A stretch of 64,000 nt of DNA from Candidatus Woesearchaeota archaeon (lineage in GTDB: Archaea; Nanobdellota; Nanobdellia; SCGC-AAA011-G17; UBA489): assembly GCA_018655015.1 (NCBI GenBank), contig JABIKK010000013.1, forward strand, positions 44,071-108,070. Reading direction: 5' to 3'. The position numbers were made by a program, and so were the translations under genes. Positions 54,829-64,000 of the stretch are shown piece by piece (positions within the stretch are counted from its first letter, which is position 1; each line of letters opens with the position of its first letter). The notes under the pieces were generated by a model. It searched no databases. It saw only the letters and a program-made list of their open reading frames with translations, and was not told the origin of the DNA.

Positions 54829-57417
54829 TTATTCTTTCGCTAAATATTCTTCTTTAAGAACTATGTCTTCAGGATAGCTAACTTCCCATATCTTGAGGGG
54901 CCCTATTAGTCTTCCACCATATAATGCCAAAGGCCATGCATTTTCATCTGGATAGGCTAGCTTAAAGTAATCACTTTCTTTATCCATTAAAAATAAATTT
55001 GAAAACAAGGTTCTCCTAACCCTTTCGCTAATATACATCGCAGCTCCAAAAGGATCCTGTTGATTATCATTTACTATTTCTGGAATAATTCTCAAGCAAC
55101 CATTAAGACCTTCTTCACCTGGCCAATTGATTTCTTCACCATTAAAATAAATGCAATTAATAGGTACATCGAATTGCTTTCCATTATAAATAACTGCTGC
55201 AGATGGTTGCGAAAATGAAACTTGGTCTCCATCCCTTGCCATAGGCAATAAGAATGCACCGATACCTGCAGACCTTCCAGGTAAAACAGTATCTTGCCAT
55301 ATAAGATCCTCATCTAAAACAGACCCACCAGTATAAACTAACAATACATCATCCCTCCTCTCAACAGATTGTGATCCATCAAGAACAAATGTAGATATCC
55401 AACTATAACGATCATAATTTTCATCTGAGCCAATACTGGAATAAGCTGAGTACTTCCCAATTTCATCACTAATCATCAAAAGATGCGTAGTATTATGTGC
55501 ATATAAAAATTCTAAGGCCTCTAATTCACTCTGTCCAGTCAAAACATGTCGCCCCATTAAATAATCCCAATGACCCACAGGATGCCCTCCATCTGTTATG
55601 GTTGCTCTTTCACCACCTGTTTGAACCCAATAACCATAATCCCACCAGTGGGCAAATGTAGAATCCTTTGGCGTATCCTCTCTAACCCACTGCATACCGT
55701 ATTGCCATTGTTGACTGTAGCTAGGGCCCGAATGTGATGCTGCACCATAACTTGCCTTTGAAAAAGTTAACAAAGATCCATTAACAGGCAATATAATTAA
55801 AGATAATATAATTGCTACAAACACAATTTTATAAAAAATATTCTTAACTTTCAAAAAATGTTCATACAAACTATAAATAAAATAACCAGTCATTAGAGAA
55901 ATAATTGGACTAAATACAAACAAAAGCCTTATTGCACTTCTTGCAGCTACAATCATCACAATAAACCAAACAAAAACAAAAATGTATTTCTTTTCAATGT
56001 CTGATATCCTTTTAACAAGATCCAAATCTTTGTAATGCGCACGAATGTATAACACTGCAATAATTAATGCAAACACTATCAATGAACCAATATAAAATAC
56101 ACTAGAAATAAATGTGTCTCCATTAAAAATTGAACTAGCAGAATATCTACTAAATATAAATGCAACTAAAAACAAAGCATACATTGTAGTTAAGGCCTTT
56201 CTACCTTTCTTAACAGGCTCCATCATTTTAAAGAATAACATAATTGAACCAATGAAGAAAGCAAAGAAAAATAGTTTCCCCATTTCAGAGAACCATTCTA
56301 TAACATAGGGGACTCTTTGTTCAGCAACAGTTAATGCAACTCTACCGCCACTTAACGCACGTAAAAGACCATCTACAACTTGACTAAACTGACTAAACAG
56401 AAAGGAAGGACCATATAAGATTGTAGAAGTAAGCACGACTAAAATTATTGCAAGAACTAATTTCAATATAAAATCTGGCAAATGCCTAGGTACAAATCTT
56501 TTTATTTTATCCATTAAACTAAACTTTCCAGAAAGATATTCAACTATAAATAATACAAATACAAACACTGCAACTGCTGAGGTTATAGACCTCAAGAATC
56601 CAGTTAAAGCATACTTACTAGTTGAAACCAATACCAATAATGAAACAACTAACCAAGAAGAATAAGCTAAATAATCATTTCTCTTAAGCTTATGTAAGAA
56701 CCACTCGATTAAAGCAAACAGTCCGAATATAAGGAATATAAATTTAAATCCTCCCCAAGAAAAGGCCATCAATGCAGTTGAGATTCCGGTTAAACCACCA
56801 AACAACAAAGCTCTCTGCATAGTCTTAGCATCCCATGAAAAAGTAAACAAGTAGAATGTCAAAAACATAAAGAAGATACCTAATGCTTCTTTGTCAGAAA
56901 AACCTGCAGTTGTTCGATATAAAAATGAGGGTATGAATGAAAGGAATGCAGTCGAAATCATTGCAACATATTTGTTAAATAATTTCTTAACCAAAAAGAA
57001 AAATACAATCATGGACAATACAAAAAAGATTACAGGATACAAAACATTGGCAAGTTCATATGTTGCAGAACCACTAAAAATTGACATTATTTTATACAAC
57101 ATTGATGTAACAACGGGGATAATTTTAACACCTACATCAACAGGATTGCCAAATGGTGCAGCCCTCATAAAATCATGTGCCATGAAAGAACCAGTTTCAA
57201 CAAATTCTCTTCCATACCTCATAAACAGAAAAGGATCCAATGCCATAGGAATATACTTGCCCGTTGTAACATCTTTCAAAAACCCAAGATTTAAAGTCCT
57301 CATACGAGCTGCAAACCAAATTATCGCAGCAGTAATAACATAAACAATAGCAGTAGAATTCTTCTTCAAAAAATTCAAAACAGGAAAACCTCTCTCTTTT
57401 AGACCACTAAGCTTCAT
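54829..57417 (-). CDS. aglB: Dolichyl-phosphooligosaccharide-protein glycotransferase AglB (STT3 family oligosaccharyltransferase)
   Basis: 'WWDYGYW' catalytic signature, 13-TM N-terminal domain, large C-terminal soluble domain. Confidence 0.9.
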   Translation of the reverse strand: MKLSGLKERGFPVLNFLKKNSTAIVYVITAAIIWFAARMRTLNLGFLKDVTTGKYIPMALDPFLFMRYGREFVETGSFMAHDFMRAAPFGNPVDVGVKIIPVVTSMLYKIMSIFSGSATYELANVLYPVIFFVLSMIVFFFLVKKLFNKYVAMISTAFLSFIPSFLYRTTAGFSDKEALGIFFMFLTFYLFTFSWDAKTMQRALLFGGLTGISTALMAFSWGGFKFIFLIFGLFALIEWFLHKLKRNDYLAYSSWLVVSLLVLVSTSKYALTGFLRSITSAVAVFVFVLFIVEYLSGKFSLMDKIKRFVPRHLPDFILKLVLAIILVVLTSTILYGPSFLFSQFSQVVDGLLRALSGGRVALTVAEQRVPYVIEWFSEMGKLFFFAFFIGSIMLFFKMMEPVKKGRKALTTMYALFLVAFIFSRYSASSIFNGDTFISSVFYIGSLIVFALIIAVLYIRAHYKDLDLVKRISDIEKKYIFVFVWFIVMIVAARSAIRLLFVFSPIISLMTGYFIYSLYEHFLKVKNIFYKIVFVAIILSLIILPVNGSLLTFSKASYGAASHSGPSYSQQWQYGMQWVREDTPKDSTFAHWWDYGYWVQTGGERATITDGGHPVGHWDYLMGRHVLTGQSELEALEFLYAHNTTHLLMISDEIGKYSAYSSIGSDENYDRYSWISTFVLDGSQSVERRDDVLLVYTGGSVLDEDLIWQDTVLPGRSAGIGAFLLPMARDGDQVSFSQPSAAVIYNGKQFDVPINCIYFNGEEINWPGEEGLNGCLRIIPEIVNDNQQDPFGAAMYISERVRRTLFSNLFLMDKESDYFKLAYPDENAWPLALYGGRLIGPLKIWEVSYPEDIVLKEEYLAKE

Positions 57418-57454
57418 GATATGTCAACCAAAATGCAATTTAAATAACTAACTG

Positions 57455-57865
57455 TTGCCAAATACCTTTAAAAACAAGGCAAGAAACCAGAAAAACATGA
57501 AAGACAAAACAATAGAAGGGTATTTCAAAGATATTACCATATCTGACGATCTAGAGAATGTAAAAGCTGAATATTCCACAGAAGAGTATTCCAACGATCC
57601 TAAGGGATATTTTCTAATAAAAGCCAATAAAGAAGAAGGAATAATCGAAGTAGGATACTGCTCTCCAGATAACATTCTTAAAAAAAGAATAACTGGAAAG
57701 AACCCAATTGAAATATTCTATACTTTAATCAGATTGGGCTTAATATCTAAACTTGAACATGCGGCAGACACAGGGTCAGAATTACAGAAGGCATACATCG
57801 CATTAAAAAACAATTTAGAATACACTCAAGACAAAGATCTCAATTTAAATAATCCAGATCAATAA
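57455..57865 (+). CDS. Hypothetical protein
   Basis: 136-aa ORF between aglB and the aglH-like gene. True start may be M15 (57497). Confidence 0.35.
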   Translation: MPNTFKNKARNQKNMKDKTIEGYFKDITISDDLENVKAEYSTEEYSNDPKGYFLIKANKEEGIIEVGYCSPDNILKKRITGKNPIEIFYTLIRLGLISKLEHAADTGSELQKAYIALKNNLEYTQDKDLNLNNPDQ

Positions 57866-58846
57866 AGAAAATACAACTTGCATTATAACTAAATAAGATA
57901 CGATTTGTTTCTCAGTATAGTTTCCAGTTTTAGTAAGTATGTGAGCTATTGAATAAACTTTTTCATGTTTAGACAAGATTTTACCATTAATCCAAATACC
58001 AAAAGAATCAGCAGAAAACTTACTTCTCCATTTCAAAAAGAACTCAACAAAGAATGGAATTGAAATAATCAACGCTGGAAATTCTAGTCCACCAACAATT
58101 GCAATTGTCGCCAAAGTTCCACCTAAAAAATAAGTTAAGGAATCACCAGGAAGTATTTTCGCTGGAATTTTATTAAAGAAAAAGAATATTAAAACTGCTA
58201 ATAATGCAACAAATGCAATTAATGAAGCAACAAAGCTTTGATGCACATAAGCATATGTTCCCAATGACAATAAATAAACAACACCCATACCTGCTTCAAG
58301 TCCGTTAAAGCCTGCAAGCATGTTTACCATATTGGCAGCACCAACAAAACCAACTGGAATCAATATCAAAGGATAAATCCAACCAACGGAGATATCTCCA
58401 AAGTAAGGAATAAAAAAGCTAACTTTATTACTCAACACAATCATCAAAGGCAAAGCCCCTAATAAAGTCAAAAGTGGTTTTTGCCACTGCCCAAGACCAA
58501 GTGATTTCTCACCAGAACCATGTATAAACGCATCATCAAAAAAGCCAATTAATGTAACCCAAACAATTGCAATTACTGAGGCCAATATTACAGATAGATC
58601 ATAACCTTCTAAAACACCAAATAATCCGCCATCATAAAATAAACTAACGCCTAGATACAAAAATAAACCAACTAAAAAACCAACTAAAACGGCCAGGCCA
58701 CCTGACAACGGAACGAGAGGTTTATCTTTTTTATTTTGATCCTTAACAATTAATCCAACTTTTCTTAAGAAAGATATCAACCAAACTAAAGAGTGATAAG
58801 TCACAAAGATAGTTACAATGCCTACCAATAAAAATAATAAATCCAT
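57845..58846 (-). CDS. UDP-HexNAc:dolichyl-phosphate HexNAc-1-phosphate transferase (MraY/WecA/GPT family; AglH-like)
   Basis: 'FFDDAFIHGSG' and 'NMVNMLAGFNGLEAG' motifs of polyprenyl-phosphate N-acetylhexosamine-1-P transferases; ~10 TM. Confidence 0.8.
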   Translation of the reverse strand: MDLLFLLVGIVTIFVTYHSLVWLISFLRKVGLIVKDQNKKDKPLVPLSGGLAVLVGFLVGLFLYLGVSLFYDGGLFGVLEGYDLSVILASVIAIVWVTLIGFFDDAFIHGSGEKSLGLGQWQKPLLTLLGALPLMIVLSNKVSFFIPYFGDISVGWIYPLILIPVGFVGAANMVNMLAGFNGLEAGMGVVYLLSLGTYAYVHQSFVASLIAFVALLAVLIFFFFNKIPAKILPGDSLTYFLGGTLATIAIVGGLEFPALIISIPFFVEFFLKWRSKFSADSFGIWINGKILSKHEKVYSIAHILTKTGNYTEKQIVSYLVIMQVVFSLLIWII

Positions 58847-58885
58847 ACAACGAACCTTCTATTCATCTTTTAAAAGAATTACTAT

Positions 58886-59746
58886 CTAAAAAGAAATGAT
58901 CCTAGGAGTCACATAAACCTCTACAATAGCAGCAACGGCCAGTAAGGCTATACCTATTAATAATAAATCTGTAGCATCCCTGAGAACCTTTCCAAATGAC
59001 TTAGTAGAAAAATCATGCCTTATAACGGCCACACTAATCAGGCCACCTGCAAGACCACCAATAAAATAAGATAAAATTTCAGGAATCCCATGAATAAAAT
59101 ATCTTGCCAACCCAAGACCATAAACTTGTAAATATCCTGCAAAACCGACCATCCCAAGTTCAGTCGCATATGAACTAAGATGAGTTCTAACAAAATTTCC
59201 AATAGCTGCAGCTATCACACTAGCATTCCATGCCAAAATAAATATCGCACCCGCACCATAAAAGAAACTAAAGAATACACAAAACAACATAACTTTAACA
59301 TTATTGCTAAATATTCTCAATAAAAGTCCTTCCGAATAAGAACTTCCAGATATGACCTCATGACCAGTTGTTGCTTTTGCATTTATCTCGCTAATAGTAC
59401 TTGTTTGTGAAGAAAATAAGTTAACCACTGTATCTGCAGGTAAAATTAAGTATAATAAAGAAAAAGCAACTGCCATTCCTAAAAATAAAAACATAAAAGC
59501 CATCAATGCCTTAGAATGTTCCTTCAACAACTTTCCTTCTCCTTCCATTTCAATATCTTTCTTTTCTTCAAATTTCAAAGTATTATACATCAAAGGAACC
59601 GCAGCAATAACAGTCAAAAGAACCATCACGATTGTTGCCTGTTCTTCAAATACCCATAATGATAAAAATACACCCATTGTAGCATAGATCATTCCTAAAA
59701 AAAATAAGTTCCACGGCTTCGTTTCCGCTTTCTGCGGAGAAGTCAA
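58886..59746 (-). CDS. SpoIIM/DUF95-family integral membrane protein
   Basis: Multi-TM protein with 'FSNNVKVMLFCVFFSFFYGAGAIFILAWNASVIAAAIG' typical of stage-II-sporulation-protein-M-like proteins. Confidence 0.5.
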   Translation of the reverse strand: MTSPQKAETKPWNLFFLGMIYATMGVFLSLWVFEEQATIVMVLLTVIAAVPLMYNTLKFEEKKDIEMEGEGKLLKEHSKALMAFMFLFLGMAVAFSLLYLILPADTVVNLFSSQTSTISEINAKATTGHEVISGSSYSEGLLLRIFSNNVKVMLFCVFFSFFYGAGAIFILAWNASVIAAAIGNFVRTHLSSYATELGMVGFAGYLQVYGLGLARYFIHGIPEILSYFIGGLAGGLISVAVIRHDFSTKSFGKVLRDATDLLLIGIALLAVAAIVEVYVTPRIISF

Positions 59747-59815
59747 AGATTCTAATACCAGTTAAATCACCAATCTAAACTACAGTTCATACGTTTATAT
59801 AAGTTTAGTTTAGAA

Positions 59816-60907
59816 TTAATCTTCCTCTTCCTTCCGAATATTATGTTTAGTTATTCTAAGTTCCCCTTTCTTTAACTTAACAACTAAATCATCTCCATTC
59901 ACAAAACCAACACCTTTTGTAATGAATCTAGGTAAACAAAGCGAACCTCTTTCAATATGAGATTCAATATACTGTTCATCGAAGCCATTTTCATCAGAAA
60001 CTTTAGTTTTTACTGGTTCTGATTCTTTTTTCTTCTTAAATTCTACAGCCTTATCATACAATGCTTTTGCAACATCCCTTGCAATATTCTTCCCAGTGTA
60101 TTTCATTATTCCTTTTAATCCTGGACTTAAATTAACTTCAATAACAGAAGCTTTCCTTCCCTTCAAGATATCAACTGCAGCAATATCAACACCAATAGCC
60201 CTCGCAGCTTTAACAGACATTTTTTCAACATCAGGATCTAACTGCACAGATTCACCCTTACCACTTGCATGAATATTTGCCCTAACATCTGCCGAATGAG
60301 AAATTCTTTTCATTGCGCCTACAACTTTTCCACCCGCAACAATAACACGAAGATCTTCACTTTTTACTTCGCCAGTCTCAATATACTCCTGAATTATGTA
60401 AGGTTGTTTGAATGCCTCAAGTGCATCAATCATAGATCTTGCAGAGCTTTCAGAATCAGCAAACATAACGCCTTTTCCCTGCGTACCTTCGGGTATCTTA
60501 ATAATGACTGGATAGTTAACTTCCCCTAACAAGCTCTTTGCCTGTTTAGAATTAGACACAAAAAAACTAGTTGGAATACTTATCCCCTTTTGTTGCATTT
60601 CCAATGAACCTAATAATTTGTTATGTCCTAATGTAAATGCATTAGGTTTTATGGGCATGTAAACTTTCTTATACAAAGCTCTAGTCAAGGCCCTTTGTAA
60701 CAAGATATACCTATGGCTCCCCCTAACATAAATAGCATCAAAGTCTTCAAGTTCGCCTTCATGATCTTTGACAGTAAAGCCTTTATCATCTAAACAAAGT
60801 TCAATATTTTTTAAACCAATTTCACTAACATCATCAAAAAAATTCCTTGCTTCTTTAGCAATCAACTTGCTACTTTCTCCACCAAGGCTGACAACACAGA
60901 GTTTCAT
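59816..60907 (-). CDS. rimK: RimK-type ATP-grasp alpha-L-glutamate ligase with ~70-aa C-terminal extension
   Basis: ATP-grasp motifs 'YPVIIKIPEGTQGKGV' and 'IQEYIE...DLRVIVAGGKVVGAMKR', C-terminal 'VDIAAVDIL.....VIEVNLSPGLKG'. The extra C-terminal domain ends 'GDDLVVKLKKGELRITK'. Confidence 0.75.
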   Translation of the reverse strand: MKLCVVSLGGESSKLIAKEARNFFDDVSEIGLKNIELCLDDKGFTVKDHEGELEDFDAIYVRGSHRYILLQRALTRALYKKVYMPIKPNAFTLGHNKLLGSLEMQQKGISIPTSFFVSNSKQAKSLLGEVNYPVIIKIPEGTQGKGVMFADSESSARSMIDALEAFKQPYIIQEYIETGEVKSEDLRVIVAGGKVVGAMKRISHSADVRANIHASGKGESVQLDPDVEKMSVKAARAIGVDIAAVDILKGRKASVIEVNLSPGLKGIMKYTGKNIARDVAKALYDKAVEFKKKKESEPVKTKVSDENGFDEQYIESHIERGSLCLPRFITKGVGFVNGDDLVVKLKKGELRITKHNIRKEEED

Positions 60908-60913
60908 TTTAAA

Positions 60914-61303
60914 TTAATCCTGACTTTGCAGATCCTGAGTTTTTTTAATTGTTTTCCTTCCGTTTTTCTTAAGTCTCTTTTTTGGATCAATGATAAATCC
61001 TTGTCTTAAAATATTTTTTCCAATTAATATCGGATATCTCAAATGTTCTCTAATAGCAATATTAAATTTTGCATCTAAAGTCTTTCCGCCAATCTCAACT
61101 TTTAACATAACAACAGGTCTAACCGCTCTTCCATGCGTATTAACAACTGCTGCACGCCCAATGACAGGACCAACTTTAATTGCATCGGCTAAACTACTAT
61201 CAATACTACTTACTCCTGCACCAGTATCAATCTTAGCCCTGATAACTTTTCCATCTATCAAAACGTCTTCATAAAATCCAATAACAATTTTTTCTTTAGT
61301 CAT
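60914..61303 (-). CDS. Retropepsin-like aspartic protease (DUF785/COG4067, RimK-associated)
   Basis: 'AKIDTGAGVSSID' D-T/S-G-A active-site motif. Genetically linked to rimK. Confidence 0.65.
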   Translation of the reverse strand: MTKEKIVIGFYEDVLIDGKVIRAKIDTGAGVSSIDSSLADAIKVGPVIGRAAVVNTHGRAVRPVVMLKVEIGGKTLDAKFNIAIREHLRYPILIGKNILRQGFIIDPKKRLKKNGRKTIKKTQDLQSQD

Positions 61304-61379
61304 CTTACCAAACTAAAATAAAGTACAAAATATAAAACTACCTACTCTCCATAAATGCATCTCCAACCCATATTACAAC

Positions 61380-61391
61380 AACATTTATAAG
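61380..61391 (+). promoter_or_regulatory. BRE/TATA box (AACATTTATAAG) 24 nt upstream of AI-2E transporter ATG (leaderless)
   Basis: Same consensus as at 7584 and 12389. Confidence 0.45.
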
Positions 61392-61413
61392 CATTTGAGG
61401 AGTTTATAAACAC

Positions 61414-62442
61414 ATGGCAAAGGAAGGCATAGAACATTACTCCAAATACTTTTTTCTAGCCAGTTTTATAGGGATCATCTTGCTTTCAATATATCTCATA
61501 AAGTCCTATATAATTACCATCGTAGGGGCTGTATTGCTATCCTACATATTCTATCCAATTTACAAAAACATCAAAACTAAACTAAGAAGTAAAAAACTAA
61601 GCTCGTTATTAACCACATTATTGGTAGTTATTATTATTATTATTCCGATTTTCTTTGCAGCAAATGCCCTTATCTCAGAATCGGTACAATTTTTCCATAA
61701 TACCAAAGATTTAGATCTCTCAAGTATTGAACAAAAAACAGCAGAATATCTCGGAGGAGATGTTAAAATTAGCGGGTTTATTTCAGAGAACTTGAACAAA
61801 CTTTCACTTGGGATCGCAAGAAGCACATCTGAAGTTGTAGTTGGTTTGCCAAAAAAGGCCCTAGGTTTATTTGTGATGTTGTTTTTAATGTACTTTTTAT
61901 TCATGGAAGGTAAATCTATAGTAGAAAAACTTAGACAGCATATCCCATTAAAAGCAAAGCAAAAAGAAGAATTAGCAAAAAGATTTAGCAACGTAATCTA
62001 CGCTTCAATCTACGGAATGATTGTTACAGCTTTTGTTCAAGGTGCAGTTGGTGCACTTGGTTTCTGGATCTTCGGTGTAAACTCTCCAATACTTTGGGGG
62101 TTAGTTACTGTTATTGTAGCCATCCTTCCATTCGTAGGTGCAGCTTTAGTTTGGTTACCTGCAGCAATATTTAAACTTGCAATTGGGGAAACATTTAATG
62201 GGCTAGGATTACTATTTTATGGAATGTTCATAATTAGCACAATTGATAATTTAATACGTCCAAGCATAATTGGGAGCAGAGCAAAAATACATCCTGCAGT
62301 CGTACTTCTAGGAGTTCTCGGAGGAATAGAGATCTTCGGTTTCCTAGGAATAATCATTGGGCCATTAATCCTATCTATTATGACTATATTCTTAGACCTA
62401 TATTTAGTAGAAAAGACAAACACAAGAAAAAAAGCCATTTAA
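61414..62442 (+). CDS. AI-2E family transporter (UPF0118/PerM-like)
   Basis: Eight-TM topology and conserved C-terminal 'VLLGVLGGIEIFGFLGIIIGPLILS'. Confidence 0.75.
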   Translation: MAKEGIEHYSKYFFLASFIGIILLSIYLIKSYIITIVGAVLLSYIFYPIYKNIKTKLRSKKLSSLLTTLLVVIIIIIPIFFAANALISESVQFFHNTKDLDLSSIEQKTAEYLGGDVKISGFISENLNKLSLGIARSTSEVVVGLPKKALGLFVMLFLMYFLFMEGKSIVEKLRQHIPLKAKQKEELAKRFSNVIYASIYGMIVTAFVQGAVGALGFWIFGVNSPILWGLVTVIVAILPFVGAALVWLPAAIFKLAIGETFNGLGLLFYGMFIISTIDNLIRPSIIGSRAKIHPAVVLLGVLGGIEIFGFLGIIIGPLILSIMTIFLDLYLVEKTNTRKKAI

Positions 62443-62495
62443 AAAACTTATATACTCCCGTCAAAGGGTAAATAAGCGTTTATTCTTCAGAAAGC

Positions 62496-62508
62496 TTTAT
62501 ATATAAAA
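62496..62508 (+). promoter_or_regulatory. TATA box (TTTATATATAAAA) upstream of surface glycoprotein; GAGGTGG ribosome-binding site 8 nt before ATG
   Basis: AT-rich TATA ~70 nt upstream plus an SD-like GAGGTGG. Confidence 0.35.
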
Positions 62509-62576
62509 CACAGCCCATTTACCAAGTAAACTTATAGGTTACACAAGATAAAACAACCATATGAGGTGGAAAGATT

Positions 62577-63860
62577 ATGAATATGAAACAAGTTACGAAC
62601 CTTCTAATAATAGGTTTATTTGTGATTATAGGCGCGATTTTCGCATCAGCCTTAACAGTTACCATAACGGCTCCGACAACGGATACATTCCATATTGCGG
62701 ACATATCCTTTACGGCAACAATCACGGATGCATTTAATTTCTCGAACTATACACTAATAGTTCATGCACCCACAACACCGGGCACAGCCGTTTTTACAGA
62801 AACTAATATTACGGCCGGAAATGCCACAGATATTGCAGTTACAATACCTGTAGCAAATGGAACAATCGCAGATGGTAATTATACTATTAATATAACTACT
62901 AATGATAATCAATCTGTTGGAATTACATTCGTTAACAGGACTAACGTATTGTTGAATAAAATGGATGTTACTGCGCCAACAGGACATATACAATTCTTAG
63001 AGACAGATGGTACCAACCTTACAAGTTCTTTGAAATCTGACTATGGAGCAGATGTAAAAGTTAACTGTACATTCTTAGATGCTAGTTCATCATTAGATGT
63101 AAGTAAAAGTTACATGACCATAAAGTACCCAGGTTTATCTAGTTATAGTGATAACCTAACTTTATCTAAGAACACAACTGCACAAGTTGTTGCTACCATT
63201 TCTGGTTCTTCACTACAAAGGCTTGGAGAATTCAGCGTTAAATGTTTTGCACAAGATAATGCTGGTAAGACACTAGAGAAAGTACTAAACTTCACAACTC
63301 AAACTATAGTTGTAGGAGCTGGTTCAACCGCTGGTGGAACTGGTGTAGCTGCAATTGAAGGGTGGGAAAATCCTGTAGGTACAATCAAAATTGGATCAGG
63401 AACTGTATCCCCTGGAGGAAGATTAACTACTGAAGGTGAAAGCAGACTTATGAAGACTAATGCTGCAATCACATTTGACATCAGTGGAGAAGGTCATAGA
63501 ATAGAAGTTAAAACTGCAACTGGAGACAACGTTGTTCTAACTATCTCTTCAGAACCATTCGACGTTACAATTAACGCTGGAGAAGTTTCAGAAGTAGATG
63601 TAAATGGCGACGGTATTGCAGATCTTGAGGTTACATACCACAAGCTATTCGCAAATGCTTGGGCAGACCTAACCTTCAAACAAATCAGCGTACCTGTAGA
63701 AGCAGAAGCATCAGATGATGAAGCTTCAGCTGAAACAACAGCCGCTACTGAAGATACAGCAGAATATGCAGACGCCAATGGCGGATTAACAGTTACACTT
63801 GCTGTGATTGTGATCATCCTAATAATTGGATATGCATTAATCAAAGGAAAGAAGAAGTAA
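62577..63860 (+). CDS. Surface glycoprotein (signal peptide, sequon-rich, C-terminal TM anchor), paralog of 20268-21674
   Basis: Shares 'DVTAPTGHIQFLETDGTNLTSSLKSDYGADVKVNCTF', 'KNTTAQVVATISG' and 'KCFAQDNAG' with the 20.3-kb gene. C-terminal TM 'LTVTLAVIVIILIIGYALI'. Confidence 0.7.
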   Translation: MNMKQVTNLLIIGLFVIIGAIFASALTVTITAPTTDTFHIADISFTATITDAFNFSNYTLIVHAPTTPGTAVFTETNITAGNATDIAVTIPVANGTIADGNYTINITTNDNQSVGITFVNRTNVLLNKMDVTAPTGHIQFLETDGTNLTSSLKSDYGADVKVNCTFLDASSSLDVSKSYMTIKYPGLSSYSDNLTLSKNTTAQVVATISGSSLQRLGEFSVKCFAQDNAGKTLEKVLNFTTQTIVVGAGSTAGGTGVAAIEGWENPVGTIKIGSGTVSPGGRLTTEGESRLMKTNAAITFDISGEGHRIEVKTATGDNVVLTISSEPFDVTINAGEVSEVDVNGDGIADLEVTYHKLFANAWADLTFKQISVPVEAEASDDEASAETTAATEDTAEYADANGGLTVTLAVIVIILIIGYALIKGKKK

Positions 63861-63908
63861 AATTCTTCCTTTCCACCTCTTTCTTTTTTTTAATTTTTTA
63901 TAGACAGA

Positions 63909-64000
63909 ATGATAACAATATACCATAATCCAAAATGTAGTAAAAGTAGACAAAGCTTAGAATTAGTTCTTGCTAAAGCAAAGGATGTAAAGATAATTGA
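63909..64000 (+). CDS. ArsC/Spx-family (arsenate-reductase-like) protein, N-terminal fragment (runs off window)
   Basis: 'MITIYHNPKCSKSRQSLELV' is the redox-active Cys N-terminus of the ArsC/YffB family. Confidence 0.55.
   Translation, partial: MITIYHNPKCSKSRQSLELVLAKAKDVKII

Noticed and set aside
1-64000. CRISPR array or cas genes
   Set aside because: No regularly spaced direct repeats were found in any intergenic region and no Cas-like protein is among the ORFs.

Overview
Low-GC (~33-35 %) archaeal chromosome segment. It encodes archaeal RNAP subunits Rpo3/Rpo4/Rpo10, r-proteins L21e/L18e, Rpp21, Pth2 and AglB (STT3-type oligosaccharyltransferase), has an unlinked 5S rRNA, and gene overlaps are frequent; the overall look suggests a small-genome, possibly DPANN-like archaeon, but this is inference only.

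Housekeeping content: two ribosomal-protein/RNAP-subunit operons (L21e-RpoF-DUF655-S13-S4-S11-RpoD; L18e-L13-S9-RpoN), a stand-alone 5S rRNA, four tRNAs (Leu-GAG, Leu-CAA, Arg-CCU, Gly-UCC), the 5' part of an SRP (7S) RNA running off the window start, Elp3, SecDF, Pth2, a NUDIX hydrolase, an Ogg-type glycosylase and TrmI.

Accessory content: (i) a multigene family of small secreted proteins with a near-identical signal-peptide module and divergent C-termini (three in tandem at 274-1946, a fourth at 13892-14356); (ii) several very large Cys-rich or N-glycosylation-sequon-rich surface proteins, including two inverted paralogous surface glycoproteins at 20.3-21.7 kb and 62.6-63.9 kb; (iii) two free-standing double-motif LAGLIDADG homing endonucleases, each physically overlapping an RNA gene (5S rRNA; tRNA-Arg), plus a small tRNA-flanked islet; (iv) a ~1 kb GC-richer insertion carrying a JAMM/MPN-like gene directly downstream of tRNA-Leu(GAG); (v) a ~23 kb protein-glycosylation island (35.6-58.9 kb) with AglB, an AglH-like GlcNAc-1-P transferase, a Wzx flippase, multiple GT2/GT4 glycosyltransferases, FkbM and type-11 methyltransferases, a CE4 deacetylase, a FemAB-like acyltransferase and a complete nonulosonic (sialic-acid-like) acid set (NeuC-like epimerase, NeuB-like synthase, HAD phosphatase, NeuA-like CMP-transferase), together with an unusual P-loop-kinase/Pol-beta-nucleotidyltransferase pair.

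No CRISPR array, reverse transcriptase, transposase or integrase was seen.
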